The notes beneath the pieces were generated by a model that was not told the DNA's origin, ran no database searches, and worked only from the letters and a program-made list of their open reading frames with translations. The translations under genes were made by a program, and so were the position numbers. From NCBI RefSeq assembly GCF_009914755.1, contig NC_060941.1: a stretch of DNA of 64,000 nt. One strand, written 5' to 3'. This document shows, in pieces, positions 14,757 to 29,499 of this stretch. This DNA is from the human T2T-CHM13v2.0 reference genome, Homo sapiens. The stretch's first letter is position 1. Every line of letters starts with the position of its first letter.

Positions 14757-14976
14757 GCATTCATTTATGCAACAAACATTCACTGAATGCCTGCTATGTG
14801 CCAGGTGCTATTCTAGATGCTGAGCAAAATGGGCCAAAGGCATGAACTGGTAATTCACAAAAAAAGTGAAGTATGTGGGGACAAGACGATGGCTTATTCA
14901 TCTGTGAATATTCCCCTATTTGTAAGTCCCCTGGGTGATTAAAACAGAAAAAATCCTCGTCCTCCAGCTGCTTATA
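14757..14976 (-). mobile_element. L2 3' fragment interrupted by a copied segment (14832-14916)
   Basis: cattcatttatgcaacaaacattcactgaatgcctgctatgtgccaggtgctattctagatgctgag...aaaacagaaaaaatcctcgtcctc. Confidence 0.75.
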
Positions 14977-15195
14977 GAAACTTGATTATGCGCTGACATG
15001 GGAAGATGGTTACAACACGGTGAGGCTGGGAAAAGCAGGTCAAATGATTGTACTCCATGTAAATATAATGTATTTATTCATTCAATTAATATTTACTGAG
15101 CAGCTACTTTTGTCAAGCACTTCTTTCACTGATCTATGAGACACTCAAAGGCCTCAAGGAACTGGTTCTGTTTCCTTACTTAGAGGTTCACCCAC

Positions 15196-15496
<301 letters not shown>

Positions 15497-16116
15497 AGGT
15501 CCACTCAGGGGCAGACACAGAGCCAGTGAATTGGAAAAGTTATTGAGTAAAAAAGTGAGCAAAAGAGAGTGGGAGGCACAAAAGATAGCAAGCTTTGAAA
15601 CATCATTTACTTAAATTATTAATAAAATTATTACAAAAGTGACATTCTTGAAAGAAAAAACCTAAAACAATTTAGAATAGAGAGTGAAATTCCTCCCCCT
15701 CTATCCAACCTTTAGAACTAATTCTTGACCCTTTGAGTGTATAATTTTCAGACTCCCAATCACACCCTTCAAAAAAGATCTCCCTTTTTTCTCTGTTGCA
15801 GTGCACTATCCATTTGCCGTTGCCTAACCAATCACAGAATTATTTTGTTTGTCAGACTATTTGTTCATTTTCCTTATTACCTCATGAGAATATAACCTTC
15901 ACACCTAAACTTAAGAACAAAGAAAGCATGTATCATGTCATATAGCTCTTATGGCTAAGTATGAAGACTGCCATAAAAAAATAAATAAATAAATAAATAA
16001 ATAAAAGAAAACAACAAAAAAATAAAATAAATAAATAAATTTTTTTAAAAAAGAATTTCTTTCATCTCAGGAGTAACAAAAACTATCTCTAGTTATGAAT
16101 GAGAACTTATCTCTAG

Positions 16117-16466
<350 letters not shown>

Positions 16467-16471
16467 CTTAG

Positions 16472-16915
<444 letters not shown>

Positions 16916-17734
16916 TGAATGTCCTTGGCTTTTTGAAGCTCTGGTCCAGAAGAACCCATTTTTATAACCATCTCAAGAGTCCATGGGTTAGACATTCTAT
17001 CCCTAGAATTCTAGAATTCTAGGGGTGCTCTGAGGGTCAGCAAATGGACTAATCAAAGCCCAGCTTCTTTGCCCCACAGTATCCCTGTCTGACACTGGGG
17101 CCTCTGATTCCCTGACGTGCCATAGTTGCCAATACAGATAACCGTGATTCCATGAGACACGGGTATATGTGTTTTCTCAAGATGTGAGAGCAAAAGCAAT
17201 TAAAAAGGCATTAGTTGGGCTTTTGTGTCGACTTATGTTCTTAAAACTAATTATTTGTTCATTAAGGCTCCCAGCCTTCATCAGAGGCTTTGTCGCATGG
17301 AAATAGCTGACGAGCTCAACTTGTGGGTATGAAATGAAAGGCTTAGCAGAAGCAAAATATGCTCCACAATTATGAACAGCCTCTGTCTCTGAGGTAATCA
17401 GAACCAACATTCTCCATGAGACCTGCAAAGTTTGGGGTTAAAAAGGAAGACACACAATTCATGGTTGGCTTCTCAGCTCTGCATGATGTGAAAATGAGCC
17501 AGAAGCTTTATTATCCAGACTTTTGCATGCATCTTCTTGATGTGCTTCCAGTTATAGACCTTTGACCATTCTAGAAAGGTGGGATCAAAAGTATACATTA
17601 ACCACAGTTATGTATTTCCTCTCTCACCTGAGATCCTATTAAAATGAAAGTAAAAGACCCATAAAAGTTATAAACACAGATTGATAAAGACAACAAGAAG
17701 AGAGACATCAGCAGACAAGAGATATCAATAAATT

Positions 17735-18032
<298 letters not shown>

Positions 18033-18347
18033 TCAGTAAGTTTCTGGAAGCTAGGAAGCAGGTGGATGGGTGCCAACAGGTGAAGTAGTGTAGAGGAAGC
18101 CACACTAAGTGTAGACATGGAAATGGACGCAGTTCAGGAAGTAATCTGCCTTCCAGAACCCTGCAGTTGGGACACAGAAATTTCAGATATAAATGGAAAT
18201 GATATATGAAGTTAAAATCAGGGTAATTGAGTTGATTATCTCTATATAAAATATCTTAATCCACTCTTGGACCAAAACTCCTAGCAGCTACATAGAGCTA
18301 TCTGAGTAAAATATCGAAGGGTCAATCTCAAAAAAGTTGATAGTCCA

Positions 18348-19095
18348 TGTATTAGTTATCTATTGCTGCATGACAAATGTCCCCAAACATAGTGACTTAC
18401 AGCAACATATATTTATTATCTTACAATTTCTGTGGATGAGGAATTTGAGAGTAGCTTAGCTGGATGGTTCTGGCTCAAGGTTTCTCATAAGGCTGAAGTT
18501 GAGATGTCGTCCAGGGTTGAAGTTTTCCAACATGGCCATGTGCATTTGTTCATGTACTATCTATGGCTACTTTTATGCTACAATAGCAGAGCTGAGCAGT
18601 TAGAACAGAAACCACATGGCCACAAAGTCTTAACTATTTGGCTTAAGTAAAGGGCCAGATAGCAGATAGTTTAGACTTTGCAGGAATGTGGTTTCTGTTC
18701 TAACTGCTCAGCTCTGCTGTTGTAGCATGAAAGCAGCCATAGGCAATACATAAACAAACAGACTTAACTGGGGCTGGATGATCCATTTTCTAGATGGCAC
18801 ACTCGTAGGGCTGTTGCCTGGAGGCCTCAGCTCCTTACCACATGAACCTTTCCACAGGGTTCCTTGAGTGTCCTCATGGCATGGCAGCTGACTTCCCCCA
18901 AGGGGGACAACAAAGAAGAAATAGTTGCCTTTGATGACCAAATCTTGGAAGTCACACATAGTCACGTTGGCCATATTCTACTCAGCAGAATCAAGTCACT
19001 AAGCCCAATCCTTACTCAAGGAAAGTGGAATGAAGCTCCTTCTCCTGAAGGGGAGCATCCCCCAGAATCTGTGGACATGTTTTAAAACAACCACA
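18348..19095 (-). mobile_element. MLT1 (F/G/H-like) MaLR solo LTR carrying a 248-bp MER58A-derived insertion (18521-18768)
   Basis: tgtattagttatctattgctgc...ttagctggatggttctggctcaagg...tttaaaacaaccaca; TSD gtcca/ctcca. Confidence 0.85.
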
Positions 19096-19688
19096 CTCCA
19101 GGAAAACAGACCTCCATATTCTGGTATTTAGGGGTCTTCCATCTCTAAAGCCAGCTCCTTTACCAACATTTTAGAGCAAATTCCACAATTTAACAAGGTC
19201 TCCTCATACTCATAGGCTACCGAAGCAACTCTATATTCCTTAATTTAAATGCAAATTGTCAACCAGGACACCAGATATTTTTAAAGGAAAACAACTTGCA
19301 GTAGAAAAGAGAATAACTCAACAATAATAAAGGAAAATACTGACCCCTAAGGGATTAGAGACAATTCAGGAAATATAAGACAATTAGAAAAAAACAAAAA
19401 ACCTCTGGTATCTTCAGGAAGAATCCAGAAGATGTTGCATCCATTATACAATAAAATGATTCTATAAAACAGAAACAATTAGAAGACAAAAAGGAACGGT
19501 TAAAATTAAAAAATATATGGCCAAAATTTTTTACATATGTAAAAGGATTGTTTTAAAAAGTCAAAAGCAATAGTTCAGAAAAACATAAAAACAACAACAA
19601 AAAGAGATGAAAACAATGAGAGAGAGAAGAAAAAAGATATACTGAATAAATCTGGGAGGTTCAACAGGTATTGGATACCTAAAATATA

Positions 19689-19699
19689 TATATATTAAA

Positions 19700-19741
<42 letters not shown>

Positions 19742-19783
19742 TTTAATATATACTTTATATATATTAAAGTGTATATATATACA
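19689..19783. repeat. (TA)18-centred perfect palindrome plus partial second copy
   Basis: tatatattaaagtg (TA)18 cactttaatatata at 19689-19752. Confidence 0.95.
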
Positions 19784-19957
19784 TTTCGAAAAGTAAGAAA
19801 CTAAGAAACTTATCAAAGCTAAAGGACATGAATATCAGTGTTGGAAGTTTCACTAAGTGTTCAAGCATAGTCAATGAATAAAGAATAATATATAGACAGT
19901 TCATTGGAAAAATTTAAAATGTCAAGCATAAAAAGAATGCCCTTTGACCTTCTAAAG

Positions 19958-20181
19958 CAGAGAGGTTGGCAAACTAAATTCATGAACCAAATCTGGCCCA
20001 CCACTTGTTTTTGTCAATAAAGTTTTATTGGAAATGGTTATGTCTGTTTGTTTATGTATTGCCTATGGCTGCTTTCATGTTACAACAGCAGAGCTGAGCA
20101 GTTAGAACAGAAACCACATGCCTGCAAAGTCTAAACTATTTGCTATCTGGCCCTTTACAGAAGAAAATTTGCTGACCTCTG
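19958..20181. mobile_element. MER58A (hAT-Charlie non-autonomous DNA transposon)
   Basis: TIRs cagagaggttggcaaact / aatttgctgacctctg; 8-bp TSD ttctaaag/ttctgaag. Confidence 0.9.
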
Positions 20182-21452
20182 TTCTGAAGATAAAACTTAC
20201 AAAAAGAGAGAAAAGTTCACCCCCAAAAGAACAAAGTCAACCTGGCATCAGAAACTTTTTGTCAGCCTCATTGAACACCAGAAGGTAATGGGAAAATGCC
20301 ACCAAGGTGCTGATGGAAAATAATTTTTACTCTAAAATTCTATAGTCTATATTGAATGCCAAGATAATATAAAGGCATTTTCGGACAGCAAAGACTCAGA
20401 AGCTTTACTTCCCATGTACCTTTTTAAAAAGTGACTTGAGGGTATGCTCTGGATAGACAAGGAAGTAAATCAAAAAACTAGGAAAGGACGCAAGAGAGAG
20501 TGGATTCACTAAAGCAAAGCCCTTGGATGGCAGCCATACAGTATGCCTAGAAAGCATTCAGCAGAATTAGACCAGGAAGATGGAAATATGATGAAAGGGA
20601 CAATTTGAACCATGTAATTCTGGCCTTGAGAATTCAGAAAAAGTTAACGAAATGATGGAGTAATGGTGGGGGAGCAAAGACAACTGCCATTGTGGAACTT
20701 CGGGATCCATAAGGAGTCTTGTGTGCTGCTGCAGGGACTTGAGACCCCCTGAGTTATGGCCTGAAGAACGGGTCCACTTCCCAGGAGGGTTGTCCACTGA
20801 CAGAGTCTGGCGTGTTCTTCCACTGGGAAAGTCTGGTGGTTGGACCACCAAGGCAACTTCCCTCACGGTTAAAGCTCATTTTTTTCACTAAAGGGGCTAG
20901 ATAGATTTGGCTCATTTAGAACTCAAAACCTGCCAAGAATGATGAAGCTCAAGAGGAAGATTTCCAGTTTCCTGGCAAGTGCCAAACCCAGAGTACCCTT
21001 GCATGTGGTCTCGAGAGAAAAGGGTATGTGAATTCTGTGAGCACTGCCCACTAACTCTTGCTGGCTCCTGGGTTCTGGGTTCGGTGAAAGCAAAATCAGA
21101 GAAGGAAATTTGAAAACTTTCTCCAGAAGTCCCAGATTCTCCCATCTTCTGGGACTCATTCCTCACTCCCACCAAGAGCCTCCTCCTCCCTCTCCTGCCT
21201 TAAGCCCACTCACTCTAGAAACTCTACAATTCTTTTTTTTTTCTTTCAAGTAGTCAAATAACCTCATTAAGCTTTGTTTCAAACCTTATTTCCAGGCTTC
21301 TTCAGCTTAATTACCTACAAGTAATGAATTGTATATAAGCAAAAATGAATTGTATGTAAGCAAAAAGCTGCAGTGTCCAAGGGGCTTGGGCTTAAAAATA
21401 TTAGAGATCTAGATTTTACCAGATCCATATATCAACTTTATAAAGCAGTCAA

Positions 21453-21990
<538 letters not shown>

Positions 21991-22115
21991 TTAAGATGCT
22001 GGGTAGCGTTTCCATCAGCTGCTGTGTCTCAGCATGGCCTGCAATGGTGAAAGAAGTGTTTGCTGCCAAAGATGCCTGAACTTTAGGATTGTTAAAGCGG
22101 ATCACTGTTCCTTGA

Positions 22116-22489
<374 letters not shown>

Positions 22490-22929
22490 CCTAACTTGTT
22501 TAAGAGCTGAAGTTTTTTTAATCATCTGCTGTAGCTGTTCTGTGAACCACCTTCTTCTTTCTACAACCAATTTCTTTCCCACCAATGCACGGTTGTGCCT
22601 GAAGTTTGGCGGGTTTTTCCTAGTTCATGATTGTCTCTTTCATCTTGTCAGAGCAGAAAAGGGGCCATGCAGGGGGCAGGTTGGCACTCAGTGTTCAAGC
22701 AGAGTTAGGCAAACACACGCGGGGATGCAAGATGGCGGCTCTGCGATTCTTACCTCATTCTTTAGAACAAAATAAATCTCTTTCTATGAATTTCCAGGCG
22801 TGTACATCCTCAGGCCTATTTTTTCAAAACCAAAGAGTTTATCAATATAGCCAAAGTCTATTTATCGAGAGATTTCACAACCAGTAAAAGTGGCTTTAAG
22901 ATAGTTTTTAAATATATTTTTTTTCTCTT

Positions 22930-23090
22930 TACCTGATTTCCATTTTCCCAGGTGAGGAACTTGAAGTCAGAGAGGTTAAGTCACTTGCTGAAGGTCACAG
23001 GGCTGGGACGGGAGCCAGAAGTGGGTCAGGATTCAAACCCAGAAATGTCTGGATCCAAAGCCAGGCTCCAGATTTTCACTTCCACCTCCC
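22930..23090. mobile_element. MIR fragment
   Basis: ccattttcccaggtgaggaacttgaagtcagagaggttaagtcacttgctgaaggtcacag...caggattcaaaccc. Confidence 0.85.
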
Positions 23091-23659
23091 TTCTCTCCAA
23101 AGAGGAGTACCGCATCACTGGAGCTGTCCTTACCAAGAGCCAATCAAAGTCAAGGCTCCCAGTGGAACTGCCTTCATTCATAATTCCCGGTGGAGAGAAT
23201 CTGATTGGCCCAGCTGAGGTCATGTGTCTTCACTTGGGACAGATCAGCTCTGGCTAGGCGGGCTGAGGCTGCAGGGCAACCACTCTGAGTCACGAGGGCC
23301 ATTCCTGGGGAAGACAGGTGTGCGAGCTGGAAGGCCATCCCGAGGGGGCCTGCTACGGATGAGCAAAATGTTATTAGGCAGAATCGGTTGATTTCATACC
23401 GCTGCGTACACTAGCATCAATAGCCATGCAGAATGGTCATAATATTTTACCAAATGTGCTCCGACTCCCCACCCTGAGCAAACTCCCTCTGGCCCAAGAC
23501 CAGAAAATGGAAATGCATTTCCTCTTTTCCTGTGCTCAGGCGTGGGGTGATTACTTGGCAAATAGCCCCGTCACATTTGGTCATCTGGGACATTTTTCCT
23601 GCCCAGCGGCTCCTCTTCCCAGACAGACCCAGAGACATTCCTCAAAATGTTCTGCTCAA

Positions 23660-24120
23660 AGAAGCATGTGACAAAACAGCTTGTCAGTTTGTCTCTTTCC
23701 TGCCGAAATGAGACCGTGATGTCAAAATTCAGTCCTTTACTCATTTAGAAATAATCTGATAATGGAGCGCTGGTTTAATTTCCCGGGGAAAATAAGATAC
23801 CTCTTGCCTAGCGAAGCTCCCCATAACCCCAGGAAGAGGCATAATTATCTTCTTCAGAATCAATCCCTTGTGGATCCCCTAATTAATTGTAAACTATAGA
23901 TGAGAGCTGTTCAAAAAGTAAGTTTACAAGGTTAATTACTGGTGTATTATGCGTAGCACAATTTTGCTGGGCACGTCTGATAGAGAAACTGATGATCGAC
24001 TTTTGCAAGTTCCTTCTCACTGTCAAGTAGAGGAGTTGAGAGAAACAACACGAAAGTTACTTCTACCTTTGGCAGGCTAGTTATCGAGGTACACCAGCAT
24101 TATCAAGGGAAATCAGCTCT
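23660..24120. promoter_or_regulatory. Candidate enhancer / conserved non-coding element
   Basis: Repeat-free with several retained CpGs; dense TAAT/ATTA cores (taattaattg, gttaattac, ataattat), TGACA/TGTCA and GTAAAC/GTTTAC motifs. Confidence 0.35.
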
Positions 24121-24154
24121 GCCTATGATTGTGTGAGCCCTTGGCCCTTATACA

Positions 24155-24257
24155 CTCCTACACATGCAAGTCCAATCACACTCCATGTGCACACATGCAC
24201 GAGTGTGCATGTACACACGCACGTGCACACACACAAATGCATGCATGCACACACATT
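24155..24257. repeat. Degenerate (CA/TG) low-complexity tract
   Basis: cacacatgcacgagtgtgcatgtacacacgcacgtgcacacacac. Confidence 0.8.
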
Positions 24258-24973
24258 AGCAGGTGTTATGCAAAGGGCGTCAGCGTCGAAGTCCAGAGAA
24301 CTGATTTTGAGTCTCAGGTCTCATGCATTGGGGATTTTCTTACTTGAAGACAGAGTCACTCAAGGACATTCTGCATCCCCCTGCATAGTTCCAGCCTCCC
24401 ATTAGGATCAGGAACATTAATATGATCTGAGCTTAGATCCTTCTGCATTCCTCTTTGTGGCAAAGATATACACACATATTTGGAGATTCTGAGTCCTCGG
24501 GGCTGAACGACGCACATGATGCAGGATACTTAAGGATTGGTTTGGACTAATTGTCACATGTTATTTCTTCTTTTTGGCTCCTGCCAGGAGCCTACCAGAA
24601 CATAAGGGCGCTAGACAGGATTCCAAATGAAAAACAGCCCAATCTTTCATTTCCCTCCTCTCCTGATAGAGACCCTAACAGCTTGGCGAGGAACGTGAGT
24701 TGCTATGGGGATGAGCTGTGACTAAATCAGGTGGGTACAGGCAAGGGTATTGCAACACAGGGAAGAAAGAAAAGGGAAAAGTTTGCTTCTTAGCTTGGGC
24801 TTGAAATATTACAAGACTGCTAAAGAGGAGGGACATTGCCCTCCCTGTCCCGAAATCCCTGCCTCTGCATGCCTATTCCCTATCCCTTCCCAAGAGTGGA
24901 GATGTTGGTCTGATGGGTCAGAGCCCATGTTCTGCTAGCAGGCAGGGTTGCTGCACCTTAAGAGCAGGACCTT

Positions 24974-25441
<468 letters not shown>

Positions 25442-25519
25442 TTAGAGGGTGAGCAGCTGCCCCCGAAGAAGAGGGGAAAGGTTGTGGCAGACAGATCACG
25501 GCGTGAACCAGCGTGGGAG

Positions 25520-25860
25520 CATTAAAGAGAGGGCTTGTTTGGGGACTGCTGGGTTACATGCCAGCACTGGGCAGCATTGGGGAGAGAGAGGTACAAAGAG
25601 CCCCGAGTGTCAAGTGAGGACTTTGGATTTTATCCTACAGTCAATGAAGGCTTCTGAGAAGGGAAGTGACATGATTTGTCCTTTGGGAAACTGAGACTGG
25701 TGGCAAGTGTCAGGAAAGGCTGGGAAGGGGGAGAGACGAGGGCATGCTGAGACAGCAATCAGAAGCTATGGCATCATGATTCAGGAGGGAACGGTAAGGT
25801 GGAGGACAGGTCATGGCGCTGGGAACAAGAATGACTAGGAAGGTCAGGCACCGCAGGGCT
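25520..25860 (-). mobile_element. L2 fragment
   Basis: gtgaggactttggattttatcctacagtcaatgaaggcttctgagaagggaagtgacatgattt. Confidence 0.65.
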
Positions 25861-25982
25861 CAGGACTCACTGTCTACAGCGGGGAGAGAGCCAGCGGCTG
25901 AGATGGCTCTGGGGTTTGATCACTGAGGCCTGGGTGAATGGTGGTGCATTTACAGAAAAGCACACAGAAGAATGCGTGACAG

Positions 25983-26255
25983 CACACACACACACGTAGA
26001 CACACATGCATACACACATACACATGCACACACACATGCATGCACATGCAAACACATACATACACACATACATATGTGCACGTGCGTGACATGTAAACAC
26101 ATGCATACACATACACATGCACACACACATGCATGTACACACATACACATCCATAAGTGCATGTACGCACATACACATACACATGTACATACATACACAC
26201 ATGTGCACATGTGCATATGCACGCACACATACACACATGTATGCACACACAAACA

Positions 26256-26298
<43 letters not shown>
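25983..26298. repeat. Long compound (CA/TA/TG/CG) alternating purine-pyrimidine tract ending in pure (CA)n
   Basis: Direct; source of the His/Thr- and Cys/Val-rich spurious ORFs. Confidence 0.95.
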
Positions 26299-26302
<4 letters not shown>

Positions 26303-26429
26303 CACTCCCCAGCCAGTACTTATCAGACCTCTATTCTCAGGAATTCTTTCCCTCATTCCTCCCATACATGACTTAAATAATAACATTAATGACAAATAGG
26401 GTCACACATCTTTTGTGCACAGTTATATC

Positions 26430-27230
26430 CAATTGAAAATTTCTCTACCTAAATAGCTCTCTGAGGCAGGCCAATAGAGGCTCAGAGAGGATGCCTCATG
26501 TCACACAGCCAAAAGCTGAGAGGGTGGAGTCTTGACTTCTGACTCCCAGCCCAGTGCGCCCCCTGCCATACTCCACTGAGGCTGGAAGGAAACCCTGAGA
26601 TCGGCTTGACCAGCCCTCTCATTACCCTTGTTTATGACGGTTTGTACTGTAGTCAGGAAACTCCTGTTAATTGTTCTTTGTGCTGCCACCATCATATTTC
26701 CTTCCTCCAAAAAGGAGTGCAGGCAGGGAGATTATTTTGACATATTTCCCGAAGATGCCGTTTCTAGAGCACTTGCCTGATAAAAATGATATATTTATTT
26801 GGGACCGCCAAGAGCTTGCTGAAATGAGGAATTTATCTGCATAGCTTTTGTTATTAAAGTGATTCTTCTTGTTTATTTCCTTCTAAGCTACTGATTCCAT
26901 CTATAATACATGAGTTTCAGGTAATAGAAATTTTTCATGCAAGTAAATATTTTAATAACGATGTTATGGTCTTGATTCAGTGTTACAGGCAATAGCCTGG
27001 CACAGGGAACAAGCTCGATAAGGGAAGGCTCGGGACCTGGGTTCTTGTCCCCACTCTGCATCTGTATCCGTGGGCAAAACCCTGTCCTCTATGAACCTCA
27101 GTTTCCTTCTCAGTAAAGTGGGGTAGCTGCTACATACCCTCCCTGACTCACAAGGGCCACTGTTAAGATCAGATGAGATGACAGCCCCAAAGGTTCTGGA
27201 GAGGCTGCAGGCTTTGCTATACATGGGTAG
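26430..27230. mobile_element. Two MIR fragments (~26430-26580 and ~26990-27230) flanking unique sequence
   Basis: gaggctcagagaggatgcctcatgtcacacagc; tgaacctcagtttccttctcagtaaagtgggg. Confidence 0.7.
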
Positions 27231-27300
27231 GATCAACGTGAAATACTGACCAGAGTACAGACTTAGGAGTATAACAAAGAGACTAAAAAATGCAGTGGCA

Positions 27301-27687
<387 letters not shown>

Positions 27688-29499
27688 TCATTCTACAAGG
27701 TCATTCGGGGCAGGCCAGTCAGCACTGCCAGCCTCAACATGGGACTTCCATCTCTGTGTCCAGGTGGTCTCCTACCATGGATGTTTCCCAACAAGCAAGA
27801 AGGTAGCAAAAGGGAATCCCGGTCAAGTGAGTTTGTCTTTAAGGTGGAACTCACGTGGCACTTCCACTCACATCCCATTGGCTCAAATTTAGTCACATGA
27901 GTCACTTGGCTTCTCTGACCACAAAGAAGGCTGGGAAATGTAGTTTCTAGCTTGGCAGTCATGTGCCCAGCTAGCACTTGGAAGATAGAATGAATAGTAG
28001 GAGACACTTAGCAGTATGGGGAAAATGACCACTCAGGATAATGGCCACAGATACGGAAGGGCCCACAAGATCTTCAGGAAAAGCAAACAGTCAATTGGGT
28101 ACAAGCAGGCCTACACTCACATGTCTGCCTCAGATATTCTATGCACATTTGTACTCATATGAGCACTCCTGCAATCAGACACCGGCTCAGGTAAGCAAAA
28201 TAATAAGAGTGAAACTGAGCATACCTCCTGGCTGTCAAGGTGCTGCAGATTCAAGAGATAGATGGTGGTGGGGCCTAAGGTGAAGCAGCCAAGTTGGAGA
28301 GAGGTATGTGAGTTCAATATCTATCTTACCTTTCCAACTCTGGAAGGTTGGAACTCAACTGGCATGAGTTCAGTTTGAGGACCACAAAGAGGGGGAGATC
28401 TGAACAGGCTAGACCTGAGAGGATCACAGACTTCGGGACATACCTCAAGTCAGACATATCACCGGTGTTCACTGCTCCATCAAGCTGGTGACCATTCACC
28501 ATTTCTTTTCCCCTAACGGTCTGCCTTCACCATTTTGATCCCCACCAAAGTCTGCTATCTCACACCCTTCAGCCACATGCATTGTGGCAGGACTAATGTC
28601 TGATACTCCAAATGAGGTGACTCTTGATCAGATTCAACCCTGAACCAGAATCTTTCAAATGTTCTCCAGGGTCTCTGCTCTAAACCCAGGAAGGAATGCG
28701 GCTGATGAGTGCAGCGCACATCGGAATCCTACCCCGGCCACCAGCCCCAGCTCATGGCAGGGGTTAGAAACACCCCAGGGAAGAAAGAAATGTCAAAATG
28801 TCAAAATATCAAGTTCAAAGTGATCAAATGGGAGGCAGTCCACCAGCACAACTGTCACACTAGAAGAGGGCGAGTCTCTCCCAAAGTCTGTACCTTCAAC
28901 AGGAGACCATCAGAAGAGCTTCTGGAATTCACCATGCACTATTCACATATCACTCAACATACATTAACAGCTCAAGTGGATTCACATCAGCTCAATCATA
29001 ATTATTTGTCAAAACCACTTTTTCCCTCATTATTTCCTGCTGAGAGTGTGAGATTATACAAATTTATGTTGTAGTTATCACAGATTCTAACAGCATCACA
29101 AAGGAAGAGAAATTAACCCCCTACTTATTAGAAAATGTTTAGCTCAACTCTCTAGGAGAAGTCAATTTACTAGGTTAAATTTTCTGAAATTGCATAAAGA
29201 TGCTAGTCCAACAACCCACCATAACAGAGTGGCATTATCTGCTGTTTTACTAGAGGACCTGCTGCCAACAACCTTAATGATTTATAGTTAAAATGTATTT
29301 ATCAAGAAATTGTCATGCTAGTTATAGCCTGAACCAGAGACTGGGACCCACATTCTGTTTTCTGGAAGACTTGGGTCTTGGTGAACAATAATAATAATAA
29401 TACCTATGGGGTCCTTTCAGTTCTAGGCAAAGTTTGTTGTGCTCAGCCAGTTACATACAAGCATCGTTCCTCACATGGACCATGGCCATTCTTTCCTAA

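Larger units (their letters stand above)
19100..20600 (+). mobile_element. Old L1M 5'/ORF1-region fragment (A-rich), interrupted by MER58A and a TA palindrome
   Basis: A-rich strand; ctggcatcagaaactttt, ggaaaatgccaccaaggtgctgatggaaaataattttt, aaaggcattttcggac typical of old L1 ORF1. Confidence 0.6.

Noticed and set aside
25867-26399. Long ORFs (up to 173 aa) rich in Cys/Val or His/Thr, superficially metallothionein- or His-rich-like
   Set aside because: Translations of the CA/TG low-complexity tract; open in several frames only because the repeat lacks stops.
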